Source: Alphaproteobacteria bacterium (GTDB taxonomy: Bacteria; Pseudomonadota; Alphaproteobacteria; MPNO01; UBA830). From it: a stretch of DNA of 64,000 nucleotides. The stretch spans positions 2,848,001 through 2,912,000 of the forward strand of contig OZ251539.1 in the NCBI GenBank assembly GCA_965243135.1. The letters run 5' to 3'. The notes under the pieces are model-generated. The model was not told the DNA's origin. It saw only the letters and a program-made list of their open reading frames with translations, and made no database searches. Positions 9,559-20,220 of the stretch are shown in pieces. Position 1 is the first letter of the stretch; every line of letters begins with the position of its first letter. Made by a program: the position numbers and the translations under genes.

Positions 9559-12500
9559 GATCGGCCTTCCGTAAAGACATCGGGGAGATTTCGGACAGTG
9601 CTGTCGGTTTCGACGCTGACGTGGACGATGCGGCGAATGGCGGCGATCAGGTCGCACGGGTCTTCGAACCAACCATTTGGGTCGTTGACTATGCCGCTCT
9701 TGCTATCCTGTACGATCCTGTATCGGTCGATAAACCATTCCAGCGGCGTTCTTCCGTTGATCTGATATCGGTGAGCGGCATCGGGAATGCCGCTCAGGCG
9801 GACATGATCGTTTATCCGCAGGGTCGTTTTTTCTTCGCCGATGAACCGCATTGCCCGCTCGCCGAAGCGAAAATGTTCCGGTCGAGGCTCTCCGGAACCG
9901 GAAAACTCGACATCGAGCGGGTACTCGTCGCAGTTCTCGTATTGAAGATGAAGATCGGCGAGTCTGCATCCGGCCTCGGCGAAAGCATGGAAATCCGCCG
10001 CGAACGGTATGCGAGGCAATTCCTTGGTCAAGTCGTTCGCGAAACGCTCCCGATAATCCGGATGATGCAGGACTGCGTAGACGTAATCGAATATCGCGTC
10101 TTTCGAGATGGAGTTGTCGCCGTATTTTATGCGAAACACGCGAAGGGCCGTATCGGTGACGTTGTCCGCTCGTTCGAGTTCCGGTTCAAGCCCCGGAAGC
10201 TCGTTCTGCGCGTTTTCCGAGCGCTGATAGCGGTATCGCGGAAAGCACTGACCGAATTCGATCAAATGAAGATCCGGTATCGAATCCACAATCAATGCGG
10301 AAAACGGCTTTGTAGAACCCATACCAGGAAGGCATATGGCCACGTTCCGCTGCGACCTGCCCGGAAAAATCGAGTCGATCTGATATTTCCTTTGAGCGAA
10401 GAAATGATCGGCATATAAATTCATCGCAATAAACGGACGATAAGTTGTCTTGCAGATGTTGTTTTCTTCGAACGTTCTGTATTTTCTTCTTCTCAGATTA
10501 TCCTTTAGCGTTTGATCCCAATGCAGCCTGGAAGAAGATACGACGACGTCGACGATTTGATTTATTTCCAACTTTGAAACACTTTTCTTGTTTTGCAGAG
10601 CTTTCTCGAATTTCTTGAGTGCGTCACAGTAGTCGTCAACCATCCTACGCGCTTTCTCCGTGCAAGCAGAGCGAGAAAAATTGTACACATACGCATCCCT
10701 GCCGGTCTTGTAACCGTTGCTGAACAGTTTGAATATCGCCTCGTCCGTTTTGCCGGCCTTCGCGTCCTTCGAACCTATCGGATAGAGGTTCCCGAACTCC
10801 TCGCTGCGTTGTCCGATCCAGTCGTGATGGCGGTCGGGCGCGATTTCCTTCCAGTCGTCGATGCCCGCGATCGATCCCTTTTCCTGCAGGAAGGTCAGCT
10901 TCTCCTCGCGCGTCAGGTAGTCCCCGACGTCGCGATAGAGGATGCGGCAGCCGTCGCGGTCCGCCTTCGGGTTGCGGACCAGCACCGTGATCGCCACCGG
11001 CGCGCGGGATCCCTGCCCGAATACGTTATCTCCCTCCTTGCGTCGCAGTTCTCCCGAAGTCCTCGCGTTGCCCCGCAGGTTCAGGACGTGGATGGACGTG
11101 AACTCCTCGGCGAGGCAGGCCCGCACGCCGGAATCGACATGGCTGTCGATCCACGAGCCGTTGGTGACGACGGCGACGACGCCCTGCTCGCCGATGCGGT
11201 CGGACGCCCAGCGGATCGCCATCTTGTAGGTGTCGTAGAGGCTGTTCTTGTTCGTCGCCCGCGATCGCGCGGCGTAGGTCTCGGCGACCCGGCGTTCGAG
11301 TTCCGGATAGTCGACGTTCGGATTGTCGTCGGCTGAACTCTTCTGCCATGCCGACCAAGGCGGGTTGCCGACGACGACCTGGATCGGCAGGTTCTGCTGC
11401 CGTTCCACGCGCTCGCTGTTGCCGGGAAGCCATTCCTTCGGAAAACCGGTCCGCTCCGTGTGAAGGTTGAAGGTGTCGGCAAGCGCGATGCCATTGAACG
11501 GTTCGTACCCCCCCCCCCCCCCCCGCCGGCCGTGGAAGGCCTCTTCGATATGGACCGCCGCGATGTAGTAGGCGAGGAGAACGATCTCGTTGGCGTGAAG
11601 TTCCCCGCGGAACTTCCGTTCCAGATCGGCGTCCGCGATCAGCGCGGACTGGAGAAGCCGGACGAGGAAGATGCCGGTGCCGGTGAACGGGTCGAGCACG
11701 TTGACGCCCTCGTCGCTCAGCGAGCGACCGAATTCCTCCCTCGATACATGGTCGGCGCTGCGCAGGATGAAGTTCACCACCTCGACCGGCGTATAGACGA
11801 TGCCGAGCTTGTCCGCCTCCTTCTTCAGCGCCGTCGCGAAGAACTTCTGGTAGAGTTCCATCAGCACATGCTGGCGCGCGTCGCTGTTGTCGAGGCCGCG
11901 AGCGCGCATTCGGACGCTCTCGTAGAAGCTCTCCAGACCCTCCAGTTCGTTTCCCAATCCGAATTCCCCGAAATCCTCCCGCAACGCGTCCAGCGCCTGC
12001 GCCACCGGATTGCTCTTCGCGAATTCGTAATGCTCGAACAGCGCCTCGAAGACCGGCTGCGTCAGGACATGCTGCGCCATCATGTCGACGGCGCCGACGC
12101 GGGTAATCGACTCGTTGATCGACGCCTTGAGTTCGCCGAGAAAGGCGTCGAACCATTCCCGCAGGGTCTCGTTGGCAGAATCGTCCAGAAGGTTTCCGAT
12201 CCGGAGGACCAGACGCGCGAAGATGTCGGCGACGTCCTTCGCCCAGCTTTCCCAGTACCGCCGGTCGCCGCATTTCTCGACGACCCCGGCGAAGATCGCG
12301 CCGGGCGGAACGTCGAGCGGCGGAAAGGGCAGCGTCCGTTCGGAGGGTTCGTCGTTCCCGGCGGATCCGCCGTTTCCGTCCCAGATGACGATTCGCGGGG
12401 TAGGCGTGTTGTTGAGGTCGATCCTGTTGATCTCGGCGTCGAACCGGTCGTCGTGGGAACGCAGGGAGCGCAACACGCCCCAGACGGCGGCGAACCGCTC

Positions 12501-14312
12501 GTTGTCGTCCAGAGCGCGGTCCGGATCGACATCGGGCGGAACGGCGACCGGCAGCACGATGTAGCCGTATTCCTTGCCCTCGGCCTTGCGCATGGCCCGA
12601 CCGACCGCCTGCACGATGTCGACCTGGGAGTTGCGCGGACTCATGAACAGCACCGCGTCGAGCGCCGGCACGTCGATCCCCTCCGACAGGCAGCGCGCGT
12701 TGGTCAGTATTCGGCAGGCGCTCCGATCGCCCTCCTTCAGCCATTCGATCCGCCGCTTGCGGTCGAGCGCGTTGTGCTGTCCGTCGACGTGCTTGGTCTC
12801 GCACCGGAAATCCGCAGGACGCTCGTCCTCGGGCAACAGTTCCATGGCCTGCGCGACGATCGGTCCCCAATGCCGCTCCAGTTTCTGCGAATCCTTGATC
12901 CTGCCGTTGAACGCGATCGCCCGGCCCAGCGGCATAGATTCGTCGGCGTTCTCCGGATTCTGAAGCACCCGCCAGCACCCGACGATCTTCGCCGCGTCGG
13001 TCAGGTTGATCTCGCCGTCGCCCTCGGCCAGATGCGCCCGGAGCGCCGGATCCGCCGCATCCTCCCGCACCACGAGGATCACCACCTTGTAGTCGGACAG
13101 CAGGTTCCGTTCGATCGCCCGCGAAAACGGCAGACGATGGAATTCGGGGCCGAAAGTCTCCTCGTCGTCCATCGAGAACACTTCGACGGCCCGGTTCGCC
13201 GCTTTCGCCTTCGCCCCCTCGGCATAGATGCGCGGCGTCGCGGTCATGTACAGCCGCTTTTCCGCCGCAATCTTCTCCGCGTCGTGGATCAGCACGAACG
13301 GAGACGTCGACTTGTCGGGGATTTCCACGCCGGTCGTCCGGTGGGCTTCGTCGCAGATCGCGAGATCGAACCCGGGAGCGCCCTGCGCCTGCGCCCGCTC
13401 CACCAGAGGCAGCGACTGGTAGGTGCAGAAAACCACCGTCATCGCGTCGTTCCCCGCGCCCCGAAGCGCTTCCAGGATCGCGTCCGGATTCGTGGTGACC
13501 GGAATTTCCAGTTCCTCCATCGAGGCGTCCTCGTTCGTGCGGCCGGCCCGCGTGTCGGAGCAGATCCCGACGTAGCGGTGCGGAATCTCCCGGTGGGTCG
13601 CCCACTCGCGCATCGATTGCTGGAAGAGGGAGATCGACGGAACCAGATAAAGCACCCGCCGGCCGACGCCGGCAACGGCTTCCGCGATGCGCAGCGCCGT
13701 GAAGGTCTTGCCGGTGCCGCAGGCCATGACGAGCTTGCCGCGGCCGCGGTTCCTGAAACCCCCGACCGCGTCGTCGAAAGCCTCCCGCTGATGCGGGCGC
13801 AGGCTGAACGCCTCGCCCCGCCACGAAAGATTCTCGGGTTCCTCGCTGGCCAGATCCGGCCAGTCGAAAGGCCGGCCGGCCAGATCGCCGAAACGCAGGA
13901 CGCCGCAAGACGGCTTCAGGCCCTTGACGATCTTGAGAGCGTTGGGCCCCCAGCCGTCGCCGGTGTCGACGACGATGCGGGCCGTGAAGGGATCGCGCGC
14001 CGACGCGGAAATGAAAGAATCGAGATCGGGCTTCGAAATTCGCGTATCGGAGGCGTAGCACTTGCACTGGATGGCGCAGAAGCCGCCGTCCCGCTCATCG
14101 GCGACGAGATCGATTCCGATGTCTCGTCCGTCGAAGTCCGGCCTGATTTCCGCCCATTCGGACCACAACCAGACATTCGAAAAGCGTTCCGCATAGAGAG
14201 GATCCCTGACGAAGAAGGTCTTCATCAGCCGCTCGAACAGACGGCCCTTCTCCGCCTGCGACTCGGCGATCGCCCGGATGTGGTCCAGCGTTCTCTGAAA
14301 TCCGTCGATCAT
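9555..14312 (-). CDS. Type ISP restriction-modification enzyme (Mrr-like nuclease, SF2 helicase, N6-adenine MTase, TRD; LlaGI/LlaBIII-like)
   Basis: GIDLVA..AIQCKCY nuclease; MACGTGKT, DEAH, MTATP, QAVGRAMR helicase motifs; VYTP, DPFTGTG, GNPPW MTase motifs; GAGG RBS before ATG 14312. Confidence 0.93.
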   Translation of the reverse strand: MIDGFQRTLDHIRAIAESQAEKGRLFERLMKTFFVRDPLYAERFSNVWLWSEWAEIRPDFDGRDIGIDLVADERDGGFCAIQCKCYASDTRISKPDLDSFISASARDPFTARIVVDTGDGWGPNALKIVKGLKPSCGVLRFGDLAGRPFDWPDLASEEPENLSWRGEAFSLRPHQREAFDDAVGGFRNRGRGKLVMACGTGKTFTALRIAEAVAGVGRRVLYLVPSISLFQQSMREWATHREIPHRYVGICSDTRAGRTNEDASMEELEIPVTTNPDAILEALRGAGNDAMTVVFCTYQSLPLVERAQAQGAPGFDLAICDEAHRTTGVEIPDKSTSPFVLIHDAEKIAAEKRLYMTATPRIYAEGAKAKAANRAVEVFSMDDEETFGPEFHRLPFSRAIERNLLSDYKVVILVVREDAADPALRAHLAEGDGEINLTDAAKIVGCWRVLQNPENADESMPLGRAIAFNGRIKDSQKLERHWGPIVAQAMELLPEDERPADFRCETKHVDGQHNALDRKRRIEWLKEGDRSACRILTNARCLSEGIDVPALDAVLFMSPRNSQVDIVQAVGRAMRKAEGKEYGYIVLPVAVPPDVDPDRALDDNERFAAVWGVLRSLRSHDDRFDAEINRIDLNNTPTPRIVIWDGNGGSAGNDEPSERTLPFPPLDVPPGAIFAGVVEKCGDRRYWESWAKDVADIFARLVLRIGNLLDDSANETLREWFDAFLGELKASINESITRVGAVDMMAQHVLTQPVFEALFEHYEFAKSNPVAQALDALREDFGEFGLGNELEGLESFYESVRMRARGLDNSDARQHVLMELYQKFFATALKKEADKLGIVYTPVEVVNFILRSADHVSREEFGRSLSDEGVNVLDPFTGTGIFLVRLLQSALIADADLERKFRGELHANEIVLLAYYIAAVHIEEAFHGRRGGGGGYEPFNGIALADTFNLHTERTGFPKEWLPGNSERVERQQNLPIQVVVGNPPWSAWQKSSADDNPNVDYPELERRVAETYAARSRATNKNSLYDTYKMAIRWASDRIGEQGVVAVVTNGSWIDSHVDSGVRACLAEEFTSIHVLNLRGNARTSGELRRKEGDNVFGQGSRAPVAITVLVRNPKADRDGCRILYRDVGDYLTREEKLTFLQEKGSIAGIDDWKEIAPDRHHDWIGQRSEEFGNLYPIGSKDAKAGKTDEAIFKLFSNGYKTGRDAYVYNFSRSACTEKARRMVDDYCDALKKFEKALQNKKSVSKLEINQIVDVVVSSSRLHWDQTLKDNLRRRKYRTFEENNICKTTYRPFIAMNLYADHFFAQRKYQIDSIFPGRSQRNVAICLPGMGSTKPFSALIVDSIPDLHLIEFGQCFPRYRYQRSENAQNELPGLEPELERADNVTDTALRVFRIKYGDNSISKDAIFDYVYAVLHHPDYRERFANDLTKELPRIPFAADFHAFAEAGCRLADLHLQYENCDEYPLDVEFSGSGEPRPEHFRFGERAMRFIGEEKTTLRINDHVRLSGIPDAAHRYQINGRTPLEWFIDRYRIVQDSKSGIVNDPNGWFEDPCDLIAAIRRIVHVSVETDSTVRNLPDVFTEGRS
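11508..11524. repeat. C17 homopolymer (G17 on the coding strand) inside the type ISP gene
   Basis: Counted directly; currently in frame, encoding RGGGGG. Confidence 0.9.
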
Positions 14313-14459
14313 TTGTTTTCCTCGCGGCAACCGTCTGACTTCCTTTATCCTGACGCTCGTTCGTAAAGTCGAATCCCGATGCCGGGTCTGCCGAAGCGGC
14401 GCCGCGGGCCGGAGGCGGGTTCCCGCGGCAAGCGGGGTGCGGCGGACAGTCCGCGCCGC

Positions 14460-15125
14460 TCAAGGCCAGACGATCTCGCAGCGCGCGTTTTTTCCCGCCC
14501 GGCGCGCCGCGGCGATGCAGTCCCGGAGTTCGGGGCCGTAGCGGTACCAGAGATAATCCCGCCAGCCGTCCGAGGGGTCCGGGAGAACGCCGCGGTCGCG
14601 CTGAAGCAGCGCGCCGGCGTACGCGGCGGCAGCCACGGCCGCAGCGACGGCGAGGGCCAGCGCCAACCGGCGGAGAAAGGAGCGCCAACCGGCGCGGGGC
14701 CGCAGAGATTCCTGAAGGTCCGCCACGTTGTCGGCGAGGCGGCTCTCGCGCGCGGCGCGGTCGCGGATCTCCTTCAGGACCTCCGAAGCGGGCAGCGCGC
14801 GCTCGGCGACGGCGGCGATGCCGGCGGCGAGCCGGCCTTCCGTTTCGGCGAGGAGGAGGCGGAGGTCTCTCCGGTTCAGCGGCGGGTCCGCCGGAGCCGG
14901 CGCAGTCCGGGAGGCCGCCTCGCCCGGCGCCGGATCCGCGCCGGAGACTCCGCCGTGCAGCGCGGGAGGCGCGGCAGGGCTCGAGTCCCGCTTTTCGCCG
15001 CGCGGCGGCGGGGCCGCCCGCTCGCGCCTGCGGAGTTCCTCTTCGATCCTGCGGTCTTCGTCCACCGGCGGAACGTCTCCGTCGTGGTAGGATGGCGGGA
15101 TGGTCGCGACCGTCACCGCCATCAC
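14460..15125 (-). CDS. Hypothetical membrane-anchored protein (true start probably near 15064)
   Basis: Open frame divergent from the relaxase with one hydrophobic helix (LALALAVAAAVAAAAYAGALL). Confidence 0.5.
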   Translation of the reverse strand: MMAVTVATIPPSYHDGDVPPVDEDRRIEEELRRRERAAPPPRGEKRDSSPAAPPALHGGVSGADPAPGEAASRTAPAPADPPLNRRDLRLLLAETEGRLAAGIAAVAERALPASEVLKEIRDRAARESRLADNVADLQESLRPRAGWRSFLRRLALALAVAAAVAAAAYAGALLQRDRGVLPDPSDGWRDYLWYRYGPELRDCIAAARRAGKNARCEIVWP

Positions 15126-18100
15126 GTCGTCGTCCTCGACAGTGCACTATTTCGAGAAGGACGGCTACTACGCGAAGAACGATCCCGAGCACCGGCGCGC
15201 CAGCCGCTGGCGCGGCAGCGGCGCGAAGGAGCTCGGGTTGCGCGGACAGGTCGATCCCCGCAGGTTCGAGCGGATCCTGCAGGGCCACGTTCCCGGAACC
15301 GATCTCCGTCTCGGGCGCGTCCGCGACGGGGAGCACCAGCACCGTCCGGGGGTGGACGTGACGTTTTCGGCGCCGAAGTCGGTGTCGCTCCAGGCGCTGC
15401 TGCACGGCGACGAGGCGGCGATGCGGGCGCACGACGAGGCGGTCGCGGCGACGCTGGAGTTCATCGAGGCGCGGCTGCTGGAGACCAGGGTCTACGACCC
15501 GAAGACCGGGCGGCGGAACCGGACGCGGTCGCGGAGCCTGGTGGCGGCGACGTTCCGCCACGTGGCGAGCCGCAACCTCGACCCGCAGCTGCACACGCAT
15601 TGCGTGATCGCGAACATGACGCGGGGGCCGGACGGGAAGTGGCGGAGCGTCGAGGCGACTTCCCTGCACCGGAACGCCCGGCTGATCGGGACGCATTACC
15701 GCAACGAACTGGCGAAGCGGTTGCGGGACCGCGGCTACGCGCTGGCGCCGGCGATGGTGGGCAAGATTCCGGGATTCGAGATCGCGGGCTACGGGAAGTC
15801 GACGCTGGAGGCGTTTTCGAGTCGTCGGCGCGAGGTTCTGGACTACATCCGGAAGAAGGGATGGACGTACGACGCGGCGCGGGCGCAGGCGGCGACGCTT
15901 GCGACGCGGCGGCGCAAGGCGGAGCCGCGCCGGGAGGAGCTGGAGGCGCTGTGGCGGCAGCGCGCCCGGGATCTTGGAATCGCGACCGGGGGACGGCGGC
16001 AGCGGCCGGGGCGAACGGGAAGCGGGCCGTCGGCGCTGGAGATCGTGAGCCGGGCGGCGGAGCGTCTGGAGGAGCGGAGTTCGGTGCTCGCGGCAAGCGA
16101 GCTGACGGCGCTGGCGCTGGCCCATTCTCCGGGGCGGCACGGGATCGCCGACATCGACGCGGCGATCCGGCAGCTTCAGCGCGACGGCCACCTGATCGCG
16201 GCGAAACGGTCGCGGACGGGGCCGGCGTTCGTCACCGACCGGGCGGCGCGGGCGAAGAAAGAGATCGCCTCCCGAATGAAGAAGGCGCTCGGCGCCGCGG
16301 CGCCGCTGGCTTCGGAACGAGCGGTCGAGGAACGGCTGGCGGGAACCGACCTCTTCGCCGGACAGAAGGACGCGGTTCGAACGATCCTGCTGAGCGCCGA
16401 CCGGGTGGTCGGGGTGGAAGGCTATGCCGGGGCCGGGAAGACGGCGACGCTGCGTTGCGTCCTCGATCTCGCCGGCGATCGCCCGGTTCTCGGCCTCGCG
16501 CCGTCGGCGAGCGCCGCCCGCGCCCTGGCGCGCGAGAGCGGCATCCCGGCCCGGACCTTGCAGTCCTTTCTCTGCCGGCACCGCGACGTCGCCGACAACG
16601 CGGCGAACGCCGAAACCCTGGCCGTCCGGCGCGCGGAGTTCGGCGGCGCGTTGCTGGCGGTCGACGAGATGTCGCAGGCGAGCGCGGCGCAGGCGCGCGA
16701 CCTGATGCGGATCGCCGACCGGCTCGGCGTCGGGCGGCTGGCGCTGATCGGCGACAGGAAGCAGTTGCGGGCGGCGGAGGCCGGCCAGCCCTTCCGGCAG
16801 TTGCAGGCGGCGGGGATGAAGACGACGGACCTGCGGCAGCGCTGCCCGGACCTGAAGGCGGCGGCGCTCGACGCGGGCCGTCCGGCGGCGCCCGGCAGGT
16901 TCGGCGACAACCTTCACGAGGTTCCGGCCGACGAGCTCGGCGGCGCGGCGGCGGCGATCTGGCTGCGGCTGTCGCCGGAGGACCGGGCGGAGACCGCGAT
17001 CCTCGCGCCGACCCGCGAACTGCGGGCGGCGATCAATGACGCGGTGCGCGAGGGGCTGGCGCAGGAAGGCGCGCTGCGCGGGCGGGAACTGGAGATCGAG
17101 ACCCTGGTCGATCTCGGCATGACGCGGGCGCAGAAGGGCGACGTCCGCAACTGGCGGGAAGGCGACGTGGCGGTGTTCGCGTACGACCTCTACCCGTACC
17201 GCATCCGGGCCGGGGAGGCCTGCGCGGTGACCGGGATCGCGGACGGCCGGGTGACGCTGGCCCATCCGGACGGCAGGCCGCGGCGGATCGACCCGTCGGG
17301 CTACCTCCGCTACCGGCTGGACCTGTTCGAGGCGCGCCCGATCCGCATCCGGGCGGGGGACGCGATCCGCTGGACGCGCAACGACGTCCGGCGCGGGCTG
17401 ATCGACGGCGAGCGGGCCGAGACGCTCCGGATCGGCACCCGCGCCCTGCGGCTGCGGATCGCGGGCGGCGGGGAGTTGACGTTGCGGCGCGACGATCCGC
17501 ATCTGCGGCACGTCGCGCACGCCTGGGCATCGCCGGCGGCGCAGGGGATCGGGCGGAACAACGTGATCGCGGCGCTGGATTCGGGGCACGGGCAGCTGAG
17601 CGACCAGCGGACGCTCTACATGGAGATCAACCGGGCGCGGCGAAACGCGGTGGTGCTGACCGACAACCGGGAGGCGCTGATGGAGGCGCTCGAGGCCGGC
17701 GAGCGGCTGGCGGCGGGGGAGGATCTCCGGCCGGCGCCCGGCAAGAAGCTGGCGCCGGTCCGCCGTCCGGGCCCGAGCCGGGCGGAGGTCTACCGCCAAT
17801 GGCGGACGGACCGCGATCGGCACGCCGGGGCGGCGGCGCGGGCCGGGCTGCATCCGATCCATCTTCCCGGCTACGAAGCGCTGCGCGCCCGGCTGGGGGA
17901 TCTCGCGCTGCCGCCGCGCCTTCCGGAAAGTCTCCGTCGGCAGGTCGCGGGCGAAATCGTCCGGCACGACGAGGCGGTCGCGGAGGCGGCGCGCGCGGCG
18001 CGATGTCTGGAAAGCGTCGAGACCGGTCTGGCGCGGCGCGAGGCCGGATTGGCGCCCGCGTCATACGAAGACTGGCGCTTCGAACTGGAGTCGGCCGTCG

Positions 18101-19002
18101 CCGCCGGGCGCGGCGTTCTGGAATTCCTGGAACCGGATCGGCGGGCGCGGATGGAGCGCGGCATCGAGGAAGCGGAAGGCCATCTCGCCCGCGACGACGC
18201 CGCGTTCGCCGAAAGGACCGCGGTCGACCGCTTCAGGGAATGGGAGGAACGCGGCGACATCGGGGAGGCGCGGACGCTCGCCGCCGACCCGGCGTTGCCC
18301 GAGGAGCTCCGGCAGCGCGCGGAACGGGTCGTTCGCGCGCTGGAGGAACCCCGCCGGGAAGCGGGGACGGAGCGCGAAGTGGAACGGAGGGCGCGAACGG
18401 CGCGGCAGGCGCCGGCGCGGCGAGAAGCCGAACGGGCGCGGGCGGCGCTGGACGCGAGCGCCGAGACGGTCTCTCGCGGACGTCGGGCGGTCGCGAACCG
18501 TGCCTTGTCGGAGGCCGAACGCAGGCGGCGCGAAGACGCTTTCGAACGCGCCGGGGAGGCGCTCGACCGGCGCTGGCGCGACCTCCGCAGCGGCTGGAAA
18601 AGTTACCGGGACGAAGTCCGGGCCGAAGGCGGCCATCCCTTCGCCCGCGACGACTGCAAGCCCTGGATCGACGCGGCGCGGGCGCTCGCCGCGGAACCGC
18701 GCCTGCCGGACGGCAGGCGCCGCCTGCTCGCGGACTTTCTTCGCGGCCGCGACGAAGCATGGCCCGCCGACCGCGAGCGTCTGGCGGCCCTGCGGGACGA
18801 CTGGAAAGCGGTGCGCGACGAAGCGCGGCGGCAGCGGGCGTCTCCCTTCGAAATGCCCGAATGCGCGGCGGTGATCGACCGCATGCGGGACATGGAACGG
18901 TCCGACAACCTCGCCGAAAGCGAGAAGCGCGGCCTGCGGGAAATCGTCGGCGACCACGACGAGCATGTCTCCCGGCAGCGCGGGAGATCTTGGGGCGCGT
19001 AG
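15100..19002 (+). CDS. MobF-family (TrwC/TraI-like) relaxase-helicase
   Basis: YFEKDGYY catalytic tyrosines, DVTFSAPKSVS, HVASRNLDPQLHTH HUH motif, FSSRR, helicase Walker A GYAGAGKT, LIGDRKQL. Confidence 0.93.
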   Translation: MVATVTAITSSSSTVHYFEKDGYYAKNDPEHRRASRWRGSGAKELGLRGQVDPRRFERILQGHVPGTDLRLGRVRDGEHQHRPGVDVTFSAPKSVSLQALLHGDEAAMRAHDEAVAATLEFIEARLLETRVYDPKTGRRNRTRSRSLVAATFRHVASRNLDPQLHTHCVIANMTRGPDGKWRSVEATSLHRNARLIGTHYRNELAKRLRDRGYALAPAMVGKIPGFEIAGYGKSTLEAFSSRRREVLDYIRKKGWTYDAARAQAATLATRRRKAEPRREELEALWRQRARDLGIATGGRRQRPGRTGSGPSALEIVSRAAERLEERSSVLAASELTALALAHSPGRHGIADIDAAIRQLQRDGHLIAAKRSRTGPAFVTDRAARAKKEIASRMKKALGAAAPLASERAVEERLAGTDLFAGQKDAVRTILLSADRVVGVEGYAGAGKTATLRCVLDLAGDRPVLGLAPSASAARALARESGIPARTLQSFLCRHRDVADNAANAETLAVRRAEFGGALLAVDEMSQASAAQARDLMRIADRLGVGRLALIGDRKQLRAAEAGQPFRQLQAAGMKTTDLRQRCPDLKAAALDAGRPAAPGRFGDNLHEVPADELGGAAAAIWLRLSPEDRAETAILAPTRELRAAINDAVREGLAQEGALRGRELEIETLVDLGMTRAQKGDVRNWREGDVAVFAYDLYPYRIRAGEACAVTGIADGRVTLAHPDGRPRRIDPSGYLRYRLDLFEARPIRIRAGDAIRWTRNDVRRGLIDGERAETLRIGTRALRLRIAGGGELTLRRDDPHLRHVAHAWASPAAQGIGRNNVIAALDSGHGQLSDQRTLYMEINRARRNAVVLTDNREALMEALEAGERLAAGEDLRPAPGKKLAPVRRPGPSRAEVYRQWRTDRDRHAGAAARAGLHPIHLPGYEALRARLGDLALPPRLPESLRRQVAGEIVRHDEAVAEAARAARCLESVETGLARREAGLAPASYEDWRFELESAVAAGRGVLEFLEPDRRARMERGIEEAEGHLARDDAAFAERTAVDRFREWEERGDIGEARTLAADPALPEELRQRAERVVRALEEPRREAGTEREVERRARTARQAPARREAERARAALDASAETVSRGRRAVANRALSEAERRRREDAFERAGEALDRRWRDLRSGWKSYRDEVRAEGGHPFARDDCKPWIDAARALAAEPRLPDGRRRLLADFLRGRDEAWPADRERLAALRDDWKAVRDEARRQRASPFEMPECAAVIDRMRDMERSDNLAESEKRGLREIVGDHDEHVSRQRGRSWGA

Positions 19003-19032
19003 CGCGCGCCTCTTCCCGTGCGCCGCGAAGAA

Positions 19033-19544
19033 CTATCGCCGGTTCCGTTCGTAGACCGCGGTGCCGATTCGCTCCGCCCTTTCGGCGTCGAACACCTCGT
19101 CGAGCAGCGCCTTCATCTCGGCGTAGCGCCCCCTTCGCGTCATCTCGTCGAGCTTCGTCTCGAACAGGACGCGCACCGCATTGGCCATGTTCGGCGACCC
19201 CGCCGCGTCCTGGAACATCTGTCCCGACATGTCCGCCGCAATGCGCGTCACGGCGTCGCAAAGCGCGCGCTGCTCGTCCGCGCCGAGGACCAATTGCGCG
19301 TCCTTTTCCGGGTCGCGGGGCTCCCGCGTCAGCGCGCGGTCGACGACGTAGCGCGACATCGACTTGCCCTCGGCCGCGGCCCGCTCGCGGATGCGTTCCC
19401 ACTCCGCTGGCGTGCACGAAATCGAGTGGACCGCGACATCGACTTGCCCTCGGCCGCGGCCCGCTCGCGGATGCGTTCCCACTCCGCCGGCGTGCACGAA
19501 ATCGAGTGGACCGCGGCCCGAACCTTGCCCGGCTGCCGGCTCAC
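19033..19544 (-). pseudogene. Ribbon-helix-helix (MobC/NikA-like) protein frameshifted by an 80-bp tandem duplication
   Basis: GTG 19544 overlaps the upstream stop; VHSISCTPAEWERIRERAAAEGKSMSRY; unit repeated at 19352 and 19432; removing 80 bp gives 432 nt, a whole number of codons. Confidence 0.7.
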
Positions 19545-19897
19545 TTCCCGCCTCCGTCGAAGAGTCCGGGAAGGACGTCCCGCACTTCGTTTCGAGGCGG
19601 TGCCGTCCGCATCTTGCGCTCCGCCCGGTACAGGAACTCCACCGCCTCGCGCAGCGTGACCTCGCTCCCGGGAAGCGGCCGGAGAAGATCCTGGGTCGCC
19701 ATTAAAAGGAGGTTGACCCGGTTGTAGAGAGCGCGCTGCTCCTCCTCCGAAAGCGCCAGCCGGTGCGCCGCGCCGTCGTCCAGCGCGCACCCCAGAACGA
19801 ACCGCGAGACGCTCGTTCCCGCCGCCGCCGCCCGCTCCCGGATCGTCTCCCATTCGAGCGGCATGCAACTCACGCTGTACTGCCGGGACCGCGCCAT
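19541..19897 (-). CDS. Ribbon-helix-helix (MobC/NikA-like) protein
   Basis: MARSRQYSVSCMPLEWETIRERAAAAGTSVSRFVL; GAGAGG RBS upstream. Confidence 0.7.
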   Translation of the reverse strand: MARSRQYSVSCMPLEWETIRERAAAAGTSVSRFVLGCALDDGAAHRLALSEEEQRALYNRVNLLLMATQDLLRPLPGSEVTLREAVEFLYRAERKMRTAPPRNEVRDVLPGLFDGGGK

Positions 19898-20220
19898 CTT
19901 TCCTCTCCCGCGATCTCGGCGTCCGCCGCCGCGACGATCCCGTTCCAGTCCTCGACCGCGCCCGCTTCGCCGTAGCGCAACTCCTCGATGCGCGACAGGA
20001 CCAGCACGTCCCGCGCCATCCGGCGCTGCAGCGAAACCGGCAGCGGGCCGTCGTCCCGCGGCGGGTCCAGCAGCCGCTCGACGACGAATCGGGAGATCGT
20101 CTTGCCGGCCGCTTCGGCGCGTTCGGCGATCCGCCGCCACTCGCTGTCGGTGGCCATGACGCAGCGCGCCTTGCGCTTTTGACCGCCGAAATCCCCGGAC
20201 GGTTTTGCTTCCTTGACCAT
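19870..20220 (-). CDS. Ribbon-helix-helix (MobC/NikA-like) protein
   Basis: ARCVMATDSEWRRIAERAEAAGKTISRFVVERLL, same pattern as the two downstream genes. Confidence 0.7.
   Translation of the reverse strand: MVKEAKPSGDFGGQKRKARCVMATDSEWRRIAERAEAAGKTISRFVVERLLDPPRDDGPLPVSLQRRMARDVLVLSRIEELRYGEAGAVEDWNGIVAAADAEIAGEERWRGPGSTA

Noticed and set aside
11026-19727. Long alternative-frame and antisense ORFs (e.g. 11026-14067, 11460-14366, 14095-17967, 14379-17039)
   Set aside because: Arg/Pro/Gly-rich shadows of real high-GC genes with no motifs; the same applies to plus-strand ORFs over the array.
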